From the NCBI RefSeq assembly GCF_004010195.1, contig NC_057748.1, positions 6,271,653 through 6,335,652 on the forward strand: 64,000 nucleotides of DNA, in the 5' to 3' direction. Below are positions 53,693-64,000 of this stretch, piece after piece. This DNA comes from Chiloscyllium plagiosum (taxonomy: Eukaryota). A program made the translations under genes and the position numbers. Below the pieces are notes generated by a model, which saw nothing but the letters and a program-made list of their open reading frames with translations, had not been told where the DNA came from and did no database searches. The number at the start of each line of letters is the position of its first letter. Positions within the stretch are counted from its first letter, which is position 1.

Positions 53693-53698
53693 AATAAA
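53693..53698 (+). terminator. Candidate polyadenylation signal of the mucin-15-like gene
   Basis: AATAAA 44 nt after the stop codon. Confidence 0.55.
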
Positions 53699-54474
53699 TA
53701 TTATGCTAACTGTTACCATGGAGAGTGGCTAGTGTAATATTTAGTCAGGTCTGAGCTGCGAATGCTGTGTGACACCCCTCCACCGCCTGTTTTCTTCAAT
53801 TTGTTCCTCAACACGCAGTAGAGTGTCCTCTTGTCTCTGATGCGGAAGGTTTCTTTTCCATTCATGGGATGAGGGAGGGCATTGCTGGGTAGGCCAACAT
53901 TTGTTGCCCATCCCTAATTGCCCAGAGAGCAGTCACATTGCTGTGGGTCTGGAGTCACATGTAGACCAGGTAAGGGCTGCAGTTTCCTTCCCTGACGGAC
54001 ATTAGTGACCCAGATGAGTTTTATCCCAACAATGGATTCACAGTCATCATCAAACTCTTAAATCCCAGATTTCCTAATTTTATTGAATTCAAATTCGACA
54101 TTCTGCCCATGGTAGGATTTGAACCCGGGACCCCACGTCATTACCTGGGGTCTCTGGATTAACAGACCAGCGATAATCCCACTAGAACATTGCTTCCGTG
54201 AAAGGATTGTGAGTTCAAGTCTCACTCCAGTGACCTAAGAACAAAGGTCAAGGCTGACAATGCCAGGGTGTGCTGCACTACTGCAGGTGCTGACATTTAG
54301 ATGAGAAAATCAGTGGAGGTCTTCCGAGATGGACATTCAAAAAATTATTTTGCGCTATTTCAGAGGAGAACACCAAAAAAACAAATGAGGGTTTTATTTC
54401 ATTGAGGGAACTTGCTTTGTTCAAATTGGTTCCCGCGCTTCCTATGTTATGACATGATTTGGAGGTTGGACTGT

Positions 54475-54890
54475 AAAAATCACACAACACCAGGTTATAG
54501 CCCGACAGGTTTATTTGGAAGCACGAGCTTTCGGAGCGCTGCTCCTTCATCAGGTGGTTGTGGAGATAAGATTGTAACACACAGTTTATAATAAAAGTTT
54601 ACAGTGTGATGTAACTGAAATTATACATTGAACAAGACCTGGGTTGTTTGTTAAGTCTCTCATGTTTTAGAATGGCCATATTGGTTTCAGTTCTTTCATA
54701 TGTAAATCGCAAAATTTTTTTTTAAAAGTTGCATTCTCAAGTGAACTTTAACAATTGGTGTCATGTTGGCCCAGATAGTGCATTGAAGGTGTGAGGTGCC
54801 CTGTGTGAGACTGTCTGTGCCACAACGTTCAGACTGATTCTAATCTTAAAAAAAATTTACAGAATCTTACATGGATTCATGCAGTTTTTT
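54475..54890 (-). mobile_element. Penelope-derived element, family D, single long arm
   Basis: aaaaatcacacaacaccaggttatag...; matches the arms at 30058 and 32155. Confidence 0.75.
54520..54556 (-). ncRNA. Minimal type I hammerhead ribozyme motif (family D), fully intact
   Basis: cac-CUGAUGA-a-GGAGC agc GCUCC-GAAA-g-CUC-gug: stem I cac/gug, 5 bp stem II, palindromic AGCU stem III, CUC cleavage triplet. Confidence 0.8.
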
Positions 54891-55521
54891 CTTAGATTAG
54901 ATTAGATTACTTACAGTGTGGAAACAGGCCCTTCGGCCCAACAAAGTCCACACCGATCCGCCGAAGCGCAACCCACCCATACCCCTACATTTACCCCTTA
55001 CCTAACTCTACGGGCAATTTAGCATGGCCAATTCACCTGACCTGCACATCTTTGGACTGTGGGAGGAAACCGGAGGGGGTGTGTGCATGTGGGTGTGTGT
55101 GGAGGGGGGGGGAGGGGCGAGGCTATGAGTGTCTGTGATAGAGTGTGTGTACGTATGAGTATGAGCGTAAAGGGGTTTAAGTCTGTGAGAGGGTGTGTGT
55201 GGGAGTGTGTGTGAGCGCGTGAGACAGAGTGAGTGTGTGTGTCTGTAGGAGACTCTGTGTGTGTGTGTGTGTGTCTGTGTGTATCTTTAGTGAACAGAAA
55301 ACATGGATTAGGTGCAGTACAGGTCTCTAGCGTCAGTCAGTAAGGTCCTGGCTGATCTGCTTACTCCACATTCCTGCCCGTGCCTGATAATCTGTCACCC
55401 ATTACGATAGCGTCTGCACTTTCAAAGAACCTTGTTGGCTACAAAGCACTTTGGTGCACCCTGTGTTTGGGAAAGATGCTAATTAAATGCAAAATCAAAA
55501 CCGAAAGAACGGACGGTGTAA

Positions 55522-55710
55522 ATCAGAAACAAAAGCAGAAATTGCTGGAAAAACTCAGCAGGTCTGGCAGCATCTGTGGAGAAAAATCAGAGTTGATGTT
55601 TCGGGTCCAGTGAGGAAGAGTCACTGGACCTGAAACGTTAACTCTAATGTCTCTCCACAGGTGCTGCCAGACCTGCTGAGCTTTTCCAGCAATTTCTGCT
55701 TTTGTTGTTG
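55522..55710. mobile_element. Penelope-derived hairpin element, family B
   Basis: Arms aaagcagaaattgctggaaaaactcagcaggtctggcagca...; remnant core TGAGGAagagtcactggacctGAAAcGTTaact; partial copies at about 1801-1900, 37480-37570, 38338-38450, 40270-40400. Confidence 0.75.
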
Positions 55711-57240
55711 TTTCTGTATGAATGCAGTCTTTCATCCCTGACTTGTAGTAACTTGCTGCAGACACAAGATGGTGCAGGACACCCATCCATCTGGTTCAAA
55801 GTGGCTGGAAACATATTGGCCCTGTAAATTGTTCCCCCAGATTCTAACCTCAAAGCTTATTTTAATTTTCAGAGGTAACAGCTGGTCAACCCTGACACCG
55901 TAAATCTTCTGCTTTTAACCAACAAAGTGGGGAATAAAATCAACAAAGAATTGATACTGGCAAATGACGGTGAATCTACTTAAAGGCTGCATCTGAGTGG
56001 GATTAGGTCTCACATCAATCTCCATTCATTGCATCCTGCATGTGCCCAGTTCAATGGTTGTACAAACAATATTTAAAAGCTTTCCCCCTCCCCTACCGTT
56101 TAGCCCACTGTTTTCATCTCCTCCCCTGGGCTTCATCTGACAGATTATTTCCAACCTGCTCCCTCCCTCCCCTGAGCTTCGAGTTACACACTTACTGACC
56201 CGTGCTTGGTTTCACCAATATGTGGTGTTAAGAAATTAAATATCACGCGAAGGATGTCCATTGAAAGCCTGGGCTGTCTGTCTTCTGCTTGTTTTCTGCC
56301 TCTTCTGCTCACAATGGGGACTGTGTAATGAACTCCTGAATCTCCAATTGTAACTTGACCTGCAACATTTTCTACCCACTGTCTCTAATGTAGTCTGTAC
56401 TACATTAGACTGTAGTCACAATCAATTGGACTGTGGTCACGGTTGTAAGCATTTGAAAGGCTTAATAGAGTCATAACACGTGGAAACAGACCCTTTGGTC
56501 CAACCAGTCCACGTCGACCACATTCCCAAACTAAACTCGTCCCACTTGCCTTCATATCCCTTCAAACCTTTCCTACACATATACTTATCCAAATGTCATT
56601 TAAACGCTATAATTCATCAGTTTCTCTGGCAGTTTGTTTTACACATGAACCAATCTGTGTAAAAAAAAATGTAGTCCCTCATGTCCTTTTTAAATCTTTT
56701 TCCTTTTCGCCTTTGTAATAAGCCCCTTAGTTTTGAACTCCCCCAACCGAGGAAAAGGACCATTGTTGTTCACCTTGTTATGCCCCTTGTAATTTTATAA
56801 GAGCCTTAAACATTACCTATAACGATGCTATATTGGGCAGCACAGTGGCTCAGTGGTTAGCACTGTTGCCTCAAGCGCTGGGGTTAGATTCCATCCTCGG
56901 GCAACTGTTTGTGCAGAGTTTGCACATTCTCCCCATGTCTATGACAGTTTCCTCCAGGTGCTCTGGTTTTCTCCCACAGTCCAAAGTTGGGTAGGTTAAA
57001 TGGATTTGCCATGCTAAATTGCCCCCAGTGTTCAGGGATGTGTAAGCTAGGAGGATTAGCTATGGGGAATGTGGAGAAAGGGTGAGTTAGTGCAGACTCA
57101 ATGGGCTGAATGGCCTCTTTCTGCACTGTAGGGATTCTATGATATGTAGATGTTTGGGATGAACCACAAAAGACTTAGACTTACTATCAAGTCCACCTCA
57201 TGTACTCTATAACAATATTTTTAATATCATTTTAACTTGT

Positions 57241-57452
57241 GGATGTAGGTTTGCTCTCCGAGTTGGAAGGTTCGTTTTCAGATGTTTCATCACCATGCTA
57301 GGTAATATCATCAGTGAGCCTCCCGTGAAGCTTCATTTGGAGGCTCACTGAAGATATTACTTAGCATGGTGACTAAACGTCTGAAAACGAACCTTCCAGC
57401 TCAGCGAGCAAACCTACATCCAGAACCTCAACAAATCTTCTCAAAACTCGCT
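57241..57452. mobile_element. Penelope-derived hairpin element, family C, hammerhead core on - (57277-57318)
   Basis: uca-CUGAUGA-u-AUUACC uagcau GGUGAU-GAAA-c-AUC-uga; flanking repeat attKtaacttgt (57229-57240, 57454-57465). Confidence 0.8.
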
Positions 57453-58574
57453 AATTGTAACTTGTACCTAATTGCCAATTTGCAATAAACTTCAAGTTTT
57501 TTAAGATATGGGCCTCTTCTCTTTTAACCAACAAGTGACTTTTTTTCTCCTATACCAGACCAGTAGGTTGTATTCTACCCTATCCTAAAAGAAGATGGTG
57601 TCAGCAATATTGCCCCACAGAACAATAGTGTGGACAGACTCTTACAACACAGTGGTAAGTGGTGAGAGGATTACTCATCAAAATGTGTAGCCCAACATAC
57701 ACCTTCAACACTCACTCTTTCCACCGCCGGCAGCAATGTGTACCATCTACAAGATGCAATTCACCAAGGCTCCTTTGACAGCACCTTCCAAACCCACAAC
57801 AATTACCATCTAGAAGGACAGGCAGATACATAAGAACGTCACCCTCTGCAATTTTCCCTCCAAGCCACTCACCATCCTGACTTGGAAATATATCACCATT
57901 CCTTCAGTGCCACTGGGTCAAAATCCTGGATCTCCATCCCTAACGGCATCCCTAACACCAAATGCAAGAAGGCAGCACACCACTATCTCTCCCAGGACAA
58001 TTGGCAATGGTTAATAAATGCTGGCAGTGGTGCCCATTTCCCATGAACGGATGTAAAACAGCCTGCCTTGGTCTGTCTCCTTGTACGTGCCAAGAATGGA
58101 ATGTTGCCATTCAGTGCCTGACCTGGTTGGTACTTACTGTAAATCTCAAGCAACAATGATAGATAAGAGCAGGTTGGGGGATCAAACCGAGGATTTTCTG
58201 CTCTGCACGCCTCAGTTGATCTCCTTTCTATGCTTGAGGTGGAAAGGCAGAATCATCAGCACAGATCCAGTAACTCCCCGTGGATCGCAGCCTGTGGCTT
58301 TTGACAGAATCTCTCTCTTTCAATTAAACCTTCATCCAGCTTTCTCACACTCAATGATGCACCACAGTCAAACTCTCCCGCCAACTTGATCACTCTATTG
58401 AGTGTAGATGAGGTTAACTCTGTAATGCCCTCTGAAATGCCTTCTAGATGGTAATTGATTCAAGAGGCAATTCAGGACCGGCAACAACTGATGGCTTTGC
58501 CAATGAAAGAAAAAAAACGATTCTCTCACTGTACCAATTCTTAAAGTTTGCCTGATTTCATTTTTGCTACTTCT

Positions 58575-60196
58575 GTTGGCTATCTCTCCAGGTAGTTGCA
58601 TTTTATATTTTTTGACCTTGTTCTCAGTCTAATTCCCATTTGTTCCAAATTGAGAAAGCACAGGGCCTAACACTGGCCTGTACCTATTGCTGAGGAGATG
58701 GTAATGCCGTTAAGGTCGTCATCCAGAGATTCCAGGCAAATGCTTTAGGGGACATCTTCAAATCTCCACCACGGCAGCAGATGGAATTTAGATTCAATTG
58801 GTAATTCTGGAATTGAAAACTTATCTCAGTAACAGTGCTATGATGCCTCCAATTGTGGTAAAATCCCATCAGATTCTCTAATGTCCTTTTGGGAAGAAAA
58901 TCTGCCATCCTTACCTGGTCTGGCCAACATGTGACTCTAGATCAATGTGTTCAACCACCTTCTAAAGTGGCCCCAGCAAACCACCCAGTTCCATCAGCAA
59001 TAAATGCTGGTGTTTCCAGAGATTGACAATTCTTATAGATGCACCATAGAAAGCACTCTATCTGGATGAATCATGGCTTGGTATGGTAACTGCTCTGCCT
59101 AGGACTGCAAGAAACTATAGAGAGTTGTGAACACAGCCCAGTGCATCTCGCAATCCAATCTCCCATCCATTGACACTATCTACACTTCCCACTGCCTCAG
59201 GAAAGCAGCCAACATCATCAAAGATCCCTCCCAACCCGGTTATATAATGTGTGTGTGTCAGTGTCTGTGTGTGTATGTGTGTGTGCGTTTGTGTATATGT
59301 GTGTATGTCAGTGTCTGTGTGTGCATATGCNNNNNNNNNNNNNNNNNNNNNNNNNNNNNNNNNNNNNNNNNNNNNNNNNNNNNNNNNNNNNNNNNNNNNN
59401 NNNNNNNNNNNNNNNNNNNNNNNNNNNNNNNNNNNNNNNNNNNNNNNNNNNNNNNNNNNNNNNNNNNNNNNNNNNNNNNNNNNNNNNNNGCACTGTGGCA
59501 CAGTGGTTAGCACTGCTGCCTCACAGTGCCAGAGAGTTGGCTATCTCTCCAGGTAGTTGCATTTTATATTTTTTGACCTTGTTCTCAGTCTAATTCCCAT
59601 TTGTTCCAAATTGAGAAAGCACAGGGCCTAACACTGGCCTGTACCTATTGCTGAGGAGATGGTAATGCCGTTAAGGTCGTCATCCAGAGATTCCAGGCAA
59701 ATGCTTTAGGGGACATCTTCAAATCTCCACCACGGCAGCAGATGGAATTTAGATTCAATTGGTAATTCTGGAATTGAAAACTTATCTCAGTAACAGTGCT
59801 ATGATGCCTCCAATTGTGGTAAAATCCCATCAGATTCTCTAATGTCCTTTTGGGAAGAAAATCTGCCATCCTTACCTGGTCTGGCCAACATGTGACTCTA
59901 GATCAATGTGTTCAACCACCTTCTAAAGTGGCCCCAGCAAACCACCCAGTTCCATCAGCAATAAATGCTGGTGTTTCCAGAGATTGACAATTCTTATAGA
60001 TGCACCATAGAAAGCACTCTATCTGGATGAATCATGGCTTGGTATGGTAACTGCTCTGCCTAGGACTGCAAGAAACTATAGAGAGTTGTGAACACAGCCC
60101 AGTGCATCTCGCAATCCAATCTCCCATCCATTGACACTATCTACACTTCCCACTGCCTCAGGAAAGCAGCCAACATCATCAAAGATCCCTCCCAAC
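58575..60196 (+). repeat. 661 bp apparently identical direct duplication (58575-59235 and 59536-60196)
   Basis: Base-for-base match by eye; identical 74 aa ORFs in the supplied track; adjacent to two N-gaps. Confidence 0.9.
59030..59242 (+). mobile_element. Rex1/Babar-like LINE fragment (duplicated at about 59991-60196)
   Basis: YRCTIESTLSG.IMAWYGNCSA..., LPSIDTIYTSHCLRKAANIIKDPSQPG. Confidence 0.75.
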
Positions 60197-63010
60197 NNNN
60201 NNNNNNNNNNNNNNNNNNNNNNNNNNNNNNNNNNNNNNNNNNNNNNNNNNNNNNNNNNNNNNNNNNNNNNNNNNNNNNNNNNNNNNNNNNNNNNNNNNNN
60301 NNNNNNNNNNNNNNNNNNNNNNNNNNNNNNNNNNNNNNNNNNNNNNNNNNNNNNNNNNNNNNNNNNNNNNNNNNNGTTTCTGAATTGTATGCGTCAGTCT
60401 CGCACACAATCAAAGGATTGGGGGAAGGATTTTACTTTGCAAGTCCGCTGCTTTGGTGTTAAATCCCGAGGGGGGTGGCGTCTGCTCTCGTGTTGGTCCT
60501 CAGGTGGTGTACACTGTTCCCGGCTGTGCAACTGTCAGACACCAGTCGTTAATTAGTGGAAGATGATGCATGCTGTTCCTGCCCTCCATACAGCGGGCTG
60601 CAGGCACATTCCTATAACAGGATGCCAAAGAGGGGGTGGTCAGGTCGACAAGGAAAGGATAGAGTGTCAGAGAAAGGCAACATGCACAGTAATTGTAATT
60701 TAGAGGGAGAGACAGAAGGAAGAGAGGGAAAGGGAAGGGCGCAAGGCAAAAAGAGAGAAAGGCCAGTGGGAGTAGAAGAGAGTTAATGACAGACACAGAA
60801 AGCAGAAATGGTGGACGAGAGGCTGAGAAAGGGAAGAGAGAGAGACACACACACAAAGCAAAATAGAAACACAATTCAGGAAAGGGAGTAGACAAACCAA
60901 CCAATGACTTAGAAACTGTAAAAAGCAGAAAAAAATACAGGGAAGAGAGCAAAAAGAAGTGAACGTAAAGGAAAGGAGAGGTTAGACTAGGTTAGATTTA
61001 GATTGATAGGGTGAATGACAGGTGTCTTTTCCCAACATTGCGGGAATTTAAAGACCAAAAGGCATATTTTTAAGGTGAGAGGAGAAAGATTTAAAAAGGG
61101 GCAATTTTTTTACGCAGTCGTTCACGTGAGGAATGCACTTCCAAAGCAAGTGGAGGATGCAGGTACAGTTATAATGATTAAATGACACTTGGGTAAGTAC
61201 ATGGATAGGAAAGGTTTAGAGGGATATGGGCCAGGAGCAGGCAGGTGCGACTAGTTTAGTTTGGGATTATGGTTGGCATGGACTGGTTGGGCGGAAGGGT
61301 CTGTTACTGTGCTGTATGACTCTGTGCACCGAGATACAGTGAAAAGTATTGTTTTGCATGCCATTTGCAAAGAGCTGCCACTATGTGCTGCCTTCTGGAA
61401 TACCTGATACTTGGGTGGCTCAGTGGTTAGTACTGCTGCTTCACGGGACCCAGGTTCAATTCCAGCCTGGGGTGACTGACTTTGTGGAGTTTGCACATTC
61501 TCCCTGTGTCTGCGTGGGTTTGCTCTGGTTTCCTCCCACAATCTAAAGACCTGCAGGTCAGATGAATTGGCCATGCTAAATTTCCCATAGCGGTAGGTGC
61601 ATTAGTCAGGGGAAAATGGGTCTGGGTGGCTTACTCTTCGGCGGGTCGGTGTGGACTTGTTGGGGTGAAGCGCCTGTTTCCACACTGTAGGGAATCTAAT
61701 CTATACCTGATGATAACACTGCAATAGTTTGGTATTGTTTTTGTTCAGAGTACTCAGTTGCTGTCCATCCATTGTTACAACTCCTGACCACCCACTCAGT
61801 GGTGAATCCCTGTTCTCACCCTCCACTGGTGCTGCTGGACTGGCCTCAACTGAACCCTGTATGGAAAGGGACCTGATACCCATCCTTCTCCTGGGAAGGG
61901 GCGGACAGTCTGGCCGTGACTATCGCCACCTCTGTGCCAGTCTTCGTCCCCGCCCGCCAGCCCAAAGCGTTCGGCCATGGCCACTCGGTGCCGACAGGTG
62001 GTCGGAAAGATCCAGAAACATAGAGAAAGATGGCAGGTGGAAAATGAGAGAAATTGAAAGTAAAGGTATACTAAGAATGCCTGGGAGAGGCGCGGCCCAG
62101 TGGTCTTATCGCTGAACTGTAAATTCAGAGACCCAGATTGAAGCAGGGAGGTTGGTTCCACTTGTGGGCGAACGAGGGGGCATGGCCTCAGAGTAAGGGG
62201 GAGCAGGTTTTGGACTGAGCTCAGAAGGAACTTCTTCACCCAAAGGATTGTGAATCTGTGGAATTCCCTGCCCAGTGAAGCAATAGGGCCTACCTCATTG
62301 AATGTTTTTAGGGCAAAGACAGATAGATTTTTGAACAGGAAAGAAATTAAGGGTCATGGTGAGCAGTTGAATAAATGGAGCTGAGTCCACAAGAAGATCA
62401 GCTATGATCTTATTGAATGGCAGAGCAGGCACAACCAGCTAAATGGCCTATTCCTGCTCTTATTTCTTATGTTTTTATGGTCTTATGACTAGGTAATGTT
62501 CTGGGGACCCAGGTTCAAATCCTGTAATGGCAGATGGTCGAGTTTGAATTCAATAAAAGTCTGGAGTTAGGAGTCTAATGATAACCATGAACCTATTGCC
62601 AATTGTTGAGCAAATCCATTGGTTCACTTTAGAGATGGGAAACTGCTGTCCTTGCCTGGTTTGGTCCCCATGTGACTCCAGGCCCACAGCGATGTGGTTG
62701 ACTCTTCACTGCTCTCTGGGCAATTAGGCATGGGCAATAAATGCTGCCTAGCCAGCGATGCCTTCATCACATGAATGGATAACAAAAACGATTGAGGAAC
62801 CAACAGAGAGACTGAAAATGCAACGATAAAGGAATGAATGATGGTAAGAAGGAGAAACAAAAGGAATTGTTATAGGGAGAATACACAGGGGGAGAATGAG
62901 GGAGGCTGGAGAGACATTAATTCCTACACTGCAGCATCAACTTTGAGTCATGTCTGAGGTAACTGTGGAGCCCTTCTGTCTCTTGCTGTCTGCTGTCATG
63001 TTTCCCTGAG

Positions 63011-63263
63011 CTAAAGTATCCAGGAGTGTAGGATCTGACAAAAATAGACCACAATCACTCTGTTATTAAGTTGAGACCTTGAAGTCCCAATGGCTCTGAG
63101 TTTTGCATTTATTCTTTCCATATAGATGGGATGTCTCATACACATCTTGTTGATATCATCCCAGTTAAAATTCAGGTGTTCACTCATTAGTGGTTTATAA
63201 TTCACACTATTTCTGAACAGAGAGCTTAAGAGGTTCATTAATGACATTTGGGAAGGGAGAAAT
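63011..63263 (-). other. Candidate coding exon of an unrecognised minus-strand gene
   Basis: Strong acceptor ttttcatttcccttcctttcctacag followed by 83 open codons in non-repeat AT-rich DNA; protein not recognised. Confidence 0.3.
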
Positions 63264-64000
63264 CTGTAGGAAAGGAAGGGAAATGAAAAATATTCCTCAC
63301 GTAAACAAAGAGATAAACCTCCAGGCATAACAAACCTGTGGTATTTTGATAAACTAACCTTTCCACCTGCCATTTTGCTGTATAGAGTCATAGAGAAGTA
63401 CAGCATGGAAACAGACCCTTCAGTCCTGAGGAAGGGTTATACTCAAAATGTTGACTTCTCCATCTCTGACGTGCCTGACTCACTGTGTTCTACCAGCCTC
63501 CTGTTTGTCTCCTCCAGTCCAACTCGTCCATGCTTACCAGATATTCTAAATTAATCTAGCCTCGTTTGCCTGTGATTGGCCTATATCCCTGTACAGCTTT
63601 CCTATTCATGATTTTTAAATATTGCAATTGTACCTGCATCTACCACTTTATCTGGAAGCTCATTCCATACACACACGATCCTCTGTGTGAAAAAGTTGCC
63701 CCTCAGGTCCCTTTTATATCTTTCCCCTCTCATCTTAAACCTATGTCCTCTACGTTGTCATTCCAATCCGTACTTTCAAAAATGAATAAAACAGTTCTTT
63801 GATTTGACCTGTGCATCACTGGAAAGACTAGCATTCATTGGCCCTTAAACTGCTAGTGCCATTTCAGAGGGCAGCTACGAGTTAACTGTGGGTCTGGAAT
63901 CACCTGTAGACCAGGTGGGGCAAGAATGGTGGATTTCCACACCTCCCAAGGGAAATGGTGAACAGGATGTGTTTTTGCAACAATCAATGAACAGTTGGCA

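Noticed and set aside
60500-60980. 150 aa hydrophobic ORF on the - strand
   Set aside because: Product of a low-complexity purine-rich tract, with no exon signals

Overview
Vertebrate genomic DNA, inferred to be a cartilaginous fish (shark) from the HE1-type SINEs, CR1/HER1-type LINEs and the protein sequences. It has four N-gaps. Three protein-coding genes can be rebuilt from splice sites. (1) lhb, luteinizing hormone beta, + strand, 2 coding exons, 130 aa. (2) ruvbl2, - strand, 15 exons, 462 aa, tail-to-tail with lhb as in human. (3) A + strand type I transmembrane mucin (3 coding exons, 295 aa) whose transmembrane/cytoplasmic region carries the MUC15 signature; next to lhb it is plausibly a MUC15 ohnolog rather than MUC15 itself. 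The rest is transposon-rich: CR1, RTE and Rex/Babar LINE fragments and at least two tRNA-derived SINE families. Most notable are about 20 short hairpin elements in four families derived from Penelope-like retroelements. They carry minimal hammerhead ribozyme cores and 12-15 bp target-site duplications, and in two cases have copied neighbouring DNA into their centre. All calls are by-eye reading, no database searches were run, and repeat boundaries are approximate.
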